In this document: one piece after another, positions 1 to 9,390 of the stretch
Numbering within the stretch: the first letter of the stretch is position 1
Layout of the letters: every line of letters starts with the position of its first letter
Assembly: GCA_049322915.1 (NCBI GenBank)
Contig: JBMOPW010000010.1
Location: 32,001-96,000, forward strand
Origin: Candidatus Zhuqueibacterota bacterium
Lineage (GTDB): Bacteria > Zhuqueibacterota > Zhuqueibacteria > Thermofontimicrobiales > Thermofontimicrobiaceae
Direction: 5' to 3'
Length of the DNA: 64,000 nt
The notes under the pieces: model-generated
The model's database searches: none
The model's input: the letters and a program-made list of their open reading frames with translations, nothing else
Told to the model about the DNA's origin: nothing
Translations under genes and position numbers: made by a program

Positions 1-1
1 A

Positions 2-1054
2 TTGGCAATGCTGCGCAACAGCCTGTTCACGCTGTGCCTTGAAATTGAAAGTACGCCATCGACCTACTCGGACGTGGCGATTCGCGCGCAGAGCAATAAT
101 TACCAGAATCGCTGGTTTCATTCCGCCCTGCAAATTGTCGTTTTTGGCAATGCCAAAGCCGCCGCGATCTGTAATTTCACGGTCTATGTGGATGGCAATA
201 CCATGATGCGGTCCGCCGCAGAGATTCAAAAACGAGCCGCGCAGGTTTCGTTGCACAGCACCATTGAGACCAGCGAGCCATCGCCGATCTCCGTGAAACA
301 GATGGACTGGCAGGTCAATCGCGAAGCGGTGCGCCGCGCGTATCGCGATATCAGGATGATTCTGGATAATCAGCAGGCGACCTTTGAAATTCCCAATATC
401 GGCCGGAAATATTTTGATGAACACCAGACCGACGCCGTGCCGGCGTTCATTCTGGCGCTTCAGTTGGCCATGCATCGGATGACCGGGAAATGGGTGAAGA
501 TCGAGCAATTCCTGGCCATGTCGAAATACCGCTGCATGGATTTGACCACGACGACGGTGACGACGCCGGAAGTGGTTCAGTTCGGCGAACTGATGGAAAA
601 CGGACGAATGGATGTTCAGGAATCCCTGAGCGCCCTGAATGCCGCGATTGTCTCTCAAAACGACCAGGCGCGTGCAGCCCGAAGTCAATTGAGATTGGGC
701 ATCATCTTCACATTGTACCAGCGTTCTTTGAGCGCATCAAAAAAGGCTTATGTCAGAATCATCGTTCTCGTGGCTGCTGTCCTGTTGCGGATTCTTGGTC
801 TGATTAAAATGCCGCCCGGGAATGATGTGATTGTATCCCATCCGGAAATTTATCCGGAAATCCCGGTGGTCGGTCGACCCGGCATTCGGTTACCGTATGT
901 GAAATATCTGGGGTTGCATTACCAGATTTTCGATGAAAAGACAATTATCACGCTCATGCCGGGTGTGAGCTGGCACATCCCCAACACAGAATTCATTTAC
1001 ACATTGCGCAAGAGCCTTGAGAGCGTGCAATGGGTTCTGCGCCACAAAGAATAG
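2..1054 (+). CDS. Choline/carnitine O-acyltransferase-like protein (5' end outside window)
   Basis: NRWFHSALQIVV resembles the family motif NRWFDKxLQxxV, and DAVPAFILALQLAMHR resembles SPDAFxQxALQLAYYR. The frame is open from the window edge. The usual catalytic His motif is not visible. Confidence 0.65.
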   Translation: MAMLRNSLFTLCLEIESTPSTYSDVAIRAQSNNYQNRWFHSALQIVVFGNAKAAAICNFTVYVDGNTMMRSAAEIQKRAAQVSLHSTIETSEPSPISVKQMDWQVNREAVRRAYRDIRMILDNQQATFEIPNIGRKYFDEHQTDAVPAFILALQLAMHRMTGKWVKIEQFLAMSKYRCMDLTTTTVTTPEVVQFGELMENGRMDVQESLSALNAAIVSQNDQARAARSQLRLGIIFTLYQRSLSASKKAYVRIIVLVAAVLLRILGLIKMPPGNDVIVSHPEIYPEIPVVGRPGIRLPYVKYLGLHYQIFDEKTIITLMPGVSWHIPNTEFIYTLRKSLESVQWVLRHKE

Positions 1055-1113
1055 CGTAGCGTCACCCTTGATAAACCTGATCTCGAACGAACATTATTTT
1101 CAAATTTCAGAAA

Positions 1114-4100
1114 GTGACTATGAGCGATTACTCAAAAATGATAGCATCGCTATCCCCGGAAAAACGAGCATTATTTGAAGCGCGGTTGAAGAAAAAGGGA
1201 AGCATGTACAACTCGTTCCCGGTTTCATTTTCCCAACAACGATTATGGTTCCTGGATCAGTTGGAGCCGGGAAATTCAATTTATAATATCCCGTCCGCAG
1301 TGCGATTATCCGGTGAATTGGATGTCGCCGCGTTGAAGCGGAGCGTTCACGAGTTGGTACGTCGTCATGAAATTTTGCGCACCACGTTCATGAGTGTGAA
1401 TGGCGAGCCCATGCAGATGGTGGCGCCTTCACGGCAACAGGACATGCCCATCATCGATCTGTCGCAGATGGACGAACCGCACCGCGACGCGATGATTCAG
1501 CGGCTGGCAGTGGAAGAGGCGGAGCGACCCTTCGATTTAGGCCGCGGCCCACTCCTGCGGACGTCCCTGATTCGGCTGAGCGATACCGAACACATCGCGC
1601 TGTACACTATGCACCACATCATCTCGGACGGCTGGTCCATGGGCGTGCTCATCCGCGAGATTGCTATTTTGTACGATGCCTATTCCAATAATCGGCCATC
1701 GCCGTTGCCTGATTTGCCCCTTCAGTACGCCGATTTCGCCAAATGGCAGCGACAGTGGCAGCAGGGCGAGGTGATCGAAAAGCAGCTCGACTACTGGAAG
1801 CAGCAACTCGGCGATACACCGCCGGTCCTGGAATTGCCGACTGACAGAACGCGCCCGGCAGAACAGACTTCTTCCGGCGCTGATGTGTCATTCAAATTTT
1901 CCCGCGAATTGAGCGAGCGACTGAACGACGTGAGCCGCAGAAACAGCGTGACGCTGTTCATGACGCTGCTGGCCGGATTCCAGACCCTGTTGCATCGCTA
2001 CACCCAGCAGGACGATATCGCAGTCGGCTCCCCCATTGCCAATCGAACCCGCGCCGAAACCGAAGCGCTGATCGGCTTTTTTGTCAATACATTGGTCCTG
2101 CGCAGCGATTTGTCCGGCAATCCCACGTTCAAACAGTTATTGGCGCGAGTCAGAGAAACCACGCTGGGCGCTTACGCCAATCAGGATGTGCCCTTTGAAA
2201 AACTGGTGGAAGTATTGCAGCCGGATCGCGATTTGAGCCATACACCGCTGTTTCAGGTGATGTTCATTCTTCAAAATACGCCCGTGGGCGCCTCGGAATT
2301 GCCGACCCTGTCCATGCACCCGTTGAAAATTGAAAGCCGGTCTTCCGAGTTCGACATCACGCTGTCCATGAACGAAGATCCGGAGGGACTGAGCGGCGCG
2401 TTGCAGTACAACAGCGATTTATTCAACGCCGAAACCATGTCGCGGATGCTCGTGCATTTTCAGATGCTGCTGGAACATGTCGCCATCAATCCGGATGCGA
2501 AGTTGTCGGACATTTCACTGGTTCCGGCGGCCGAGCGCCATCAACTTCTGCACGAGTGGAATGATACGAAACAGCCGTTGCCGGAGATGGCGTGCATTCA
2601 TCGCCTGTTTGAACAGACCGTAGAATCCGCGCCGGGCGCTGTGGCCGTGATGCGCGGGGACGACGTGATGACCTACCGGGAATTGAACGCGCGAGCCAAC
2701 CAATGCGCGCGCTATCTGCGCCGCCTCGGCGTTGGCGCTGATTCACTGGTGGGCATCAATCTGGATCGCTCGTTCGAGATGATCGTCGGCTTGATGGGCA
2801 TTTTGAAGGCCGGCGCCGGCTACGTGCCGCTCGATCCCAATTACCCGGCCGATCGATTGGAGTTCATGATCCGCGACGCCAGACTCTCGGTGATTCTCAC
2901 CAGACAGGCGCTCGCCGAATCGTTGCCATCCAATCAGGCGACCATTGTCCGGCTGGATTCCGACTGGAATGCGATTGCGGCGGAAAGCATGGAGAATGCG
3001 CAGGTATCGGTCGATCCGAAAAACATTGCCTACGTGATCTATACGTCCGGCTCCACCGGCAAACCCAAAGGCGTGGTCATCACGCATCAGTCCGTGGTCA
3101 ATCACAATCTGGCAGTGACCCGGTTATTCGAATTGACGCCGGCCGATCGCGTCCTGCAATTTGCTTCCATCAATTTTGATGCAGCAGTGGAAGAGATATT
3201 CCCGACGTTGCTGCGCGGCGCTGCCGTGGTCATACGGGATGGAAATGGCGTATTGCCCTCCGGAGCGGAATTGCAGAGCATGGTTCGAAAATACAACATC
3301 ACCGTTCTGGATTTGCCTACGGCCTACTGGCACGAATGGGTGTACGAACAGTCCCTGCTGAATGAGACTGCGCCGGACTCCCTGCGGCTGGTCATTGTCG
3401 GCGGCGATAAAGCCTCTGCCGAGAAGTTAATCGCTTGGCGTCGCAGCACATCTGGCCGGGTTGCCTGGATCAATACCTATGGCCCGACCGAAGCCACGGT
3501 CATTGCCACGGCGTTTGAACTGAAAAAAGATGCCGGCGATTGGGACAGCCAGGTCGAATTGCCCATCGGTTCTCCCATTCAGAATACAACGACCTACATT
3601 TTGGATTCGCATCTTCAGCCAGCGCCGGTGGGAATTCCCGGCGAGCTGTACATTGGCGGTCTGTGTCTGGCGCGCGGCTACCTGGATCGCCCCGAATTGA
3701 CTGCCGAGAAATTCATCCCGGATCCGTTCGGCGAAATTCCCGGCGCGCGGATGTACCGAACCGGGGATCTGGTTCGCTACCGGCCGGATGGCCAAATTGA
3801 GTTCATCGGTCGCGCTGATTTTCAGGTGAAAATACGCGGCTTCCGCGTGGAACTGGGCGAAGTGGAATCCGCGTTGCTGCGGCATCCGTCGGTTCGGGAA
3901 ACCATTGTCATCGTCCGCGAGGAGGCGCCGGGCGATAAACGCATGGTGGCATATTGCGCCCTGACGCCGGATGCGGCGTTGTCCGCGACGGATGTGCGCA
4001 ATTATCTGGCTGGCATATTACCGGAGTACATGGTGCCGACCGCTGTGGTGCTGCTGGAATCATTGCCCAAAACGCCAAACGGGAAAATCGACCGGCGGGC

Positions 4101-7100
4101 ATTGCCTTCGCCGGAATTTGGCCGCCCGGAATTGGAGTCCGTCTTCGTGGCGCCGAGAACGCCAGCCGAGGAATTGATCGCCGATATCTGGTCCCAGGTG
4201 CTCCATGTCCGGAAAGTGGGCGCCTTCGATAGCTTTTTCGAACTCGGCGGCCATTCGCTTCTGGCCACGCAGGTTGTGTCGCGGGTGCGCGATGTGTTCC
4301 AGGTAGAACTGCCATTGCGCAGTCTGTTCGAAAGCCCGACCGTGGCGGCGTTTGCGCAGCACATCGAACAGGCGAAAATGGCCGAAAAGGGCATTCAGGC
4401 GCCGCCCATCAGGAAAACCTCGCGGCAGCAGCCATCGCCACTCTCCTTTGCCCAGCAGCGATTGTGGTTCATGGATCAACTGGAGCCCGGCAGCGCCATG
4501 TACAACATCCCGGATGCAGTTCGACTGACCGGCGCGCTGAATGTGGATGCGCTTCAGCAGAGCCTCCGTGAAATTGTCCGTCGACATGAAATTTTGCGGA
4601 CCTCGTTTCAGACCGTGGACGGAAAAGCCACTCAGGTGATTGCTGATTCGCTGGAACTGGATTTCCCGATGATCGACCTCAGCGATCTGCCGGAGACCAT
4701 GCGCGAAGAAGAAGCCCTGAGATTGATTTTGGCCGAAGCGAAAAAGCCGTTCGATCTGGGCAAAGCGCCCATGCTGCGTACACTGCTGATCCGCCTGAGC
4801 GCCGGGGAGCATATCATTCTGCTCACCATGCATCACGTCGCGTCGGACGGCTGGTCCACCGGCGTTCTGATTCGCGAGGTGGCTGCGTTGTACGATGCGT
4901 TCTCCCACGGTCAGTCAAGCCCATTGCCGGAACTGGCGATTCATTACGCCGACTACGCTTCCTGGCAGCGCAATTGGCTCAAAGATGATGTGCTGGAAGT
5001 AGAATTGGATTACTGGAAAAAGCTGCTCAGCGATCGTCCGACGATATTGGAATTGCCCACGGATTTTTCCCGTCCGGCAGTTCAAACCTCCAATGGAGAT
5101 CACATCACCTTCACGCTGACCAAAGAATTGTCCAATCGGTTGAATGACATCAGCCGCAAGCAGGGCGCCACGCCATTCATGACGCTGTTGGCGGCGTTTC
5201 AGACGCTGCTCCATCGGTACACCGGCCAGCAGCATATCAACGTGGGAACGCCGATTGCCAATCGCACCCGCAGCGAAGCAGAGTCGCTGATCGGATTTTT
5301 TGTCAATACGCTGGTGCTGCATGCTGATTTTTCGCAGGGCATCAGTTTCAATAAATTGTTGCGGCAAGTGCGGGAAACGACTCTGGGCGCGTATGCGCAT
5401 CAGGATGTGCCCTTCGAAAAAATCGTGGATGCCATTCAGCCGGAGCGGGACATGAGCCGAACGCCGTTGTTCCAGGCCATGTTCATTTTACAAAACACGC
5501 CCAAACAATCGCTCGTGCTGGAAGGTCTGCGATTGGAAGCGATTGAACTGGACACTAAGCTTTCGACCTTTGACATCACCCTGTCGCTGGGGGAGACCGA
5601 GGCTGGGTACGCCGGCGCCATGGAATTCAACACGGATTTGTTCCGGCCGTCCACGATTCATCGGATGATTGCCCATTTCAAAAATCTCCTGCAGAGCCTG
5701 AGCGTCCAGCCGGACCTGTCTGTTTTGCGCCTGCCAATTCTCGATGAAATTGAACAGCAGCGAATACTAGTTGAATGGAATAAAACGGACGCAGCATTTC
5801 CGGATGGCGCCTGTTACCATGAATTGTTCCAAAAGCAAGTTGAGAAGACGCCGTCAGCCATTGCGCTCATTTCCGGGAATGGCGAATTGACCTACAGCGA
5901 GCTGAACGAACGCGCCAACCAATTGGCGCATCATCTGCGGAAGATCGGCGTGGGGCCGGAGAAGCTGGTCGGCATGTGCATCGAACGATCCCCGGAAATG
6001 ATCATCGGATTGCTGGCCATTCTCAAAGCAGGTGGCGGATACGTGCCGCTGGATCCTGATTATCCGGAAGAGCGGTTGACCTACATGATGACAGATTCGA
6101 AGCTATCGCATCTGCTCACCAAAAGCCATCTGGCCGCCTCATTGCCCACGCGCAACATGCACGTCATTCGTCTGGACACCGACTGGGAGCTGATTTCCCG
6201 CGAAGTGTCCACGTCAGTGATGAGCGGAGTTGCGCCGGACAATGTCGCGTACGTCATTTACACATCCGGTTCCACCGGCAAACCCAAGGGCGTGATGATC
6301 TCTCACCGGTCAGTCGTCAACCACAATTTTGCTGTGATGAACGAATTTCAGCTCACGAACCAGGATCGTGTGCTGCAATTTGCATCGATCAATTTCGATG
6401 CGGCTGTGGAAGAAATATTCCCGACTTTGTTGTGCGGCGCCACGCTGGTGCTGCGCAACAGCGATGGGGGACTCACTTCCGGCGCAGAATTACTTGAGTT
6501 GATTCGTTCGAAAAATCTGACCATGCTCGATCTGCCGACAGCGTACTGGCATGAGTGGGTCTATGAAATGACATTGCTGGAAGAGAAAATGCCATCTTCG
6601 CTGCGCCTTGTGATTGTGGGCGGAGATAAAGCCTCGCCGGAGCGACTGGCCGCCTGGCAACGCGTGGCCGGAAAGCAAGTGCGACTGCTCAATACCTACG
6701 GCCCCACTGAGGGAACAATCATTGCAACATCATTCGACCCCAATAACGAGCGCAATCCCTGGCAGCCCGGAACCGATCTGCCCATCGGCGCGCCAATCGC
6801 CAATCTCAAGACCTATGTGTTGGATGCGGCGTTACAGCCTGTGCCGGTCGGCGTCGCCGGTGAGTTGCACATCGGCGGTGCCGGCGTGGCACGCGGATAC
6901 CTTAACCGGCCGGACTTAACTGCCGATAAATTTATACCGGATCCGCACAGCAATGCGCCGGGCGCCCGTCTGTACAAAACAGGCGACCTGGTTCGTTATC
7001 GGGAAAATGGGGATATTGAATTCGTTGGGCGCGTGGATCACCAGGTCAAAATACGCGGCTTCCGCGTTGAACTCAGTGAAATCGAGTCGGTGCTGGAACG

Positions 7101-9390
7101 GCATCCGTCCCTGCGGGAAGTGGTCGTTGTAGCCCGCGAAGACGCCCAGGGTGCGAAAAAATTAGTGGCCTATTGTGTTGCCGGAAACAAGAATGAAGCT
7201 GATTCCAAAGAACAGCGCCGGCACGAGCGAGTGCCGTTCCTCAGTGAAGTCACCATCAAATTGAATGGCGATGAAAAGGCGCTCTTCAAAACCGAAGATA
7301 TTTCACCGGGCGGAGCGCGATTGCTGACCATCTCGCCCATTCCAAACTGGCAGGCGATTCAGCAGGCGCGCATGGCCATGAAGCTGCCCATTGCGCCGCA
7401 GCAAATTCATTTCAACAGCGACCTGATCTGGCAGGAAAATGGCCGCATCGGCATTGCCTTCCGCGATATGAGTCTGGACAATAAGACGCTGATCGATGAA
7501 ACGATTATTCGGCTCAAAGAGAATCAATTCGTGCTGATGAACGAGCTGCGCAATTTCCTCAAAGACAATTTGCCGGAATACATGGTGCCGTCCGCGTTCG
7601 TTATTCTGGAACGCTTGCCCCGAACTCCCAGCGGGAAAATCGACCGGAAAGCGCTGCCGGAACCGAATCAGGAGCGGGTTGAGTCCAGCAGCGCCTATGT
7701 TGAAGCGCGCGATGAAGTGGAAGAAAGCCTGACAAAAATCTGGAGCCAGGTTCTCGGCATCGGGAAAATCGGCGTCAACGATAACTTCTTTGAATTGGGC
7801 GGCGATTCCATTCTGAGCATTCAGGTCATTGCCCAGGCCAACAAAGCCGGCATTCGCCTGACGCCCAAGCAACTTTTTGAGCAGCCGACCATCGCCGGGC
7901 TGGCTTCTGTGGCTGGAAAGGGACAGGCTGTGTTTGCCGAGCAGGGCGAAGTGACTGGCGAGGTCCCGTTGACTCCAATCCAAAAATGGTTCTTCGATTT
8001 GAAACTGCCGGAATCGCATCACTGGAATCAGTCGGTGCTCTTTGAGATAGAACAGCATCTCAAACCGAACGCGCTCAGGATGGTCATTAAGAGCGTGATC
8101 GAACATCACGATGCGCTGCGATTCCGTTACGCCGGGCTGAATGATGCGATCAGGCAGCATATCGCGGCGAACGAAGAATCTGTGCCGTTCTCTATTGTCG
8201 ACTTGTCCGCGCTGCCGGAGACTGAATTGCAACGCGCTATTGAATCCGTTGCCGCGTCGGTTCAGCAGAGCCTGAATCTGGAATTCGGGCCAATCATTCG
8301 CGCGGCGCTGTTCCATCTGGGTGACAGCAAACCGCAACGGCTGCTCATTGTGGCGCATCACCTGGCCATCGACGGGGTGAGTTGGAGAATCCTGCTCGAA
8401 GACGTGATGACGTCGTATCAGCAATTTGAACGACTCGGCAGAATTCAGTTGCCGCAGAAAACAACCTCGTTCAAGTACTGGGCGGAGCAACTGTCGCGCC
8501 ATGCCCGGACGCCGGAATTGGAAAAGGAACTGGAGTACTGGCTGGAAATTGGCAAGCAACCCATTGCACCGCTGAAGACCGATTTCACTGCCGGAAAGAA
8601 CACCGAAGCCTCTGCCGGCAACATCGCTGTATCGCTGACCGAAGCGGAGACAAAGAAGCTATTGAAGGACGTGCCGGCTGTCTATCGGACGCAGATCAAT
8701 GATATTCTGTTGACGGCGCTGGCGCAGACATTCGGCGGCTGGATGAACTCCCGCAGTGTGCTGGTGGAGATGGAGGGACATGGCCGCGAGGACCTGTTCG
8801 GAAACGTGGATATCTCCCGAACCCTCGGCTGGTTCACCACGGTCTACCCTGTGCTGCTGAATCTGGGCGTGAGCCGGTCCATTGGCGACGAGATAAAAAA
8901 CATCAAAGAACAATTGCGAAAACTGCCGAATCACGGAATTGGATTCGGGCTGTTGAAATACATGGCTGAGAAGAGCGAAGTGACCAGCGCGCTTCGGACG
9001 TTGCCGGAGCCGCAGATCAGCTTCAACTATTTGGGACAATTCGATCAGGCCGGGACGAATGCCGGCGCTTTCAAAGGGGCGAAAGAATCCAGCGGGCCGG
9101 ATCATAGCCCAATGGGGGAGCGGAGCCATTTCATCGAGATCAATGGCAGTGTGGCCGGTTCCCGGTTGCAACTGGACTGGACCTACAGCGAAAATATTCA
9201 TGCGCGCGCCACGATCGAGCGGCTGGCGTATGATTTCATCGCCAGGTTGAAGGCCATCATCGCGCACTGCGAGAATCCCAATGCGGGCGGCGTGACGCCT
9301 TCGGATTTTCCATTGGCCAATCTCAAGCAGAAAGATCTCAATAAGGTGCTGAACAAGCTTAACAAAACCAAGGAAAAACGTGCATTATGA
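1114..9390 (+). CDS. NRPS 1: C-A-T-C-A(PilZ-interrupted)-T-E-COM (modules 1-2 in window)
   Basis: C motifs HHIISDGWS and HHVASDGWS; two sets of A motifs (YTSGSTGKPKG, YGPTE, TGDL, KIRGFRVEL); T motifs GGHSL and GGDSI; epimerase motifs HHLAIDGVSW and EGHGRE; C-terminal TPSDF. Start is GTG 1114 or ATG 1120. Confidence 0.97.
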   Translation: MTMSDYSKMIASLSPEKRALFEARLKKKGSMYNSFPVSFSQQRLWFLDQLEPGNSIYNIPSAVRLSGELDVAALKRSVHELVRRHEILRTTFMSVNGEPMQMVAPSRQQDMPIIDLSQMDEPHRDAMIQRLAVEEAERPFDLGRGPLLRTSLIRLSDTEHIALYTMHHIISDGWSMGVLIREIAILYDAYSNNRPSPLPDLPLQYADFAKWQRQWQQGEVIEKQLDYWKQQLGDTPPVLELPTDRTRPAEQTSSGADVSFKFSRELSERLNDVSRRNSVTLFMTLLAGFQTLLHRYTQQDDIAVGSPIANRTRAETEALIGFFVNTLVLRSDLSGNPTFKQLLARVRETTLGAYANQDVPFEKLVEVLQPDRDLSHTPLFQVMFILQNTPVGASELPTLSMHPLKIESRSSEFDITLSMNEDPEGLSGALQYNSDLFNAETMSRMLVHFQMLLEHVAINPDAKLSDISLVPAAERHQLLHEWNDTKQPLPEMACIHRLFEQTVESAPGAVAVMRGDDVMTYRELNARANQCARYLRRLGVGADSLVGINLDRSFEMIVGLMGILKAGAGYVPLDPNYPADRLEFMIRDARLSVILTRQALAESLPSNQATIVRLDSDWNAIAAESMENAQVSVDPKNIAYVIYTSGSTGKPKGVVITHQSVVNHNLAVTRLFELTPADRVLQFASINFDAAVEEIFPTLLRGAAVVIRDGNGVLPSGAELQSMVRKYNITVLDLPTAYWHEWVYEQSLLNETAPDSLRLVIVGGDKASAEKLIAWRRSTSGRVAWINTYGPTEATVIATAFELKKDAGDWDSQVELPIGSPIQNTTTYILDSHLQPAPVGIPGELYIGGLCLARGYLDRPELTAEKFIPDPFGEIPGARMYRTGDLVRYRPDGQIEFIGRADFQVKIRGFRVELGEVESALLRHPSVRETIVIVREEAPGDKRMVAYCALTPDAALSATDVRNYLAGILPEYMVPTAVVLLESLPKTPNGKIDRRALPSPEFGRPELESVFVAPRTPAEELIADIWSQVLHVRKVGAFDSFFELGGHSLLATQVVSRVRDVFQVELPLRSLFESPTVAAFAQHIEQAKMAEKGIQAPPIRKTSRQQPSPLSFAQQRLWFMDQLEPGSAMYNIPDAVRLTGALNVDALQQSLREIVRRHEILRTSFQTVDGKATQVIADSLELDFPMIDLSDLPETMREEEALRLILAEAKKPFDLGKAPMLRTLLIRLSAGEHIILLTMHHVASDGWSTGVLIREVAALYDAFSHGQSSPLPELAIHYADYASWQRNWLKDDVLEVELDYWKKLLSDRPTILELPTDFSRPAVQTSNGDHITFTLTKELSNRLNDISRKQGATPFMTLLAAFQTLLHRYTGQQHINVGTPIANRTRSEAESLIGFFVNTLVLHADFSQGISFNKLLRQVRETTLGAYAHQDVPFEKIVDAIQPERDMSRTPLFQAMFILQNTPKQSLVLEGLRLEAIELDTKLSTFDITLSLGETEAGYAGAMEFNTDLFRPSTIHRMIAHFKNLLQSLSVQPDLSVLRLPILDEIEQQRILVEWNKTDAAFPDGACYHELFQKQVEKTPSAIALISGNGELTYSELNERANQLAHHLRKIGVGPEKLVGMCIERSPEMIIGLLAILKAGGGYVPLDPDYPEERLTYMMTDSKLSHLLTKSHLAASLPTRNMHVIRLDTDWELISREVSTSVMSGVAPDNVAYVIYTSGSTGKPKGVMISHRSVVNHNFAVMNEFQLTNQDRVLQFASINFDAAVEEIFPTLLCGATLVLRNSDGGLTSGAELLELIRSKNLTMLDLPTAYWHEWVYEMTLLEEKMPSSLRLVIVGGDKASPERLAAWQRVAGKQVRLLNTYGPTEGTIIATSFDPNNERNPWQPGTDLPIGAPIANLKTYVLDAALQPVPVGVAGELHIGGAGVARGYLNRPDLTADKFIPDPHSNAPGARLYKTGDLVRYRENGDIEFVGRVDHQVKIRGFRVELSEIESVLERHPSLREVVVVAREDAQGAKKLVAYCVAGNKNEADSKEQRRHERVPFLSEVTIKLNGDEKALFKTEDISPGGARLLTISPIPNWQAIQQARMAMKLPIAPQQIHFNSDLIWQENGRIGIAFRDMSLDNKTLIDETIIRLKENQFVLMNELRNFLKDNLPEYMVPSAFVILERLPRTPSGKIDRKALPEPNQERVESSSAYVEARDEVEESLTKIWSQVLGIGKIGVNDNFFELGGDSILSIQVIAQANKAGIRLTPKQLFEQPTIAGLASVAGKGQAVFAEQGEVTGEVPLTPIQKWFFDLKLPESHHWNQSVLFEIEQHLKPNALRMVIKSVIEHHDALRFRYAGLNDAIRQHIAANEESVPFSIVDLSALPETELQRAIESVAASVQQSLNLEFGPIIRAALFHLGDSKPQRLLIVAHHLAIDGVSWRILLEDVMTSYQQFERLGRIQLPQKTTSFKYWAEQLSRHARTPELEKELEYWLEIGKQPIAPLKTDFTAGKNTEASAGNIAVSLTEAETKKLLKDVPAVYRTQINDILLTALAQTFGGWMNSRSVLVEMEGHGREDLFGNVDISRTLGWFTTVYPVLLNLGVSRSIGDEIKNIKEQLRKLPNHGIGFGLLKYMAEKSEVTSALRTLPEPQISFNYLGQFDQAGTNAGAFKGAKESSGPDHSPMGERSHFIEINGSVAGSRLQLDWTYSENIHARATIERLAYDFIARLKAIIAHCENPNAGGVTPSDFPLANLKQKDLNKVLNKLNKTKEKRAL
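7180..7542 (+). other. PilZ-like (c-di-GMP-binding) domain inserted in the adenylation domain of module 2
   Basis: There are 121 aa between LVAYCV and ELRNFL, against 10-12 aa in the other modules. The segment contains QRRHER (RxxxR, 7216-7230), DISPGG (DxSxxG, 7297-7314) and a later GIAF strand (7450-7461). Confidence 0.88.

Noticed and set aside
7180..7542. A-domain insert considered as a methyltransferase or intein
   Set aside because: Too short for the usual MT insert, with no GxGxG SAM motif and no intein Cys/Ser start or His-Asn end; the PilZ motifs fit instead.
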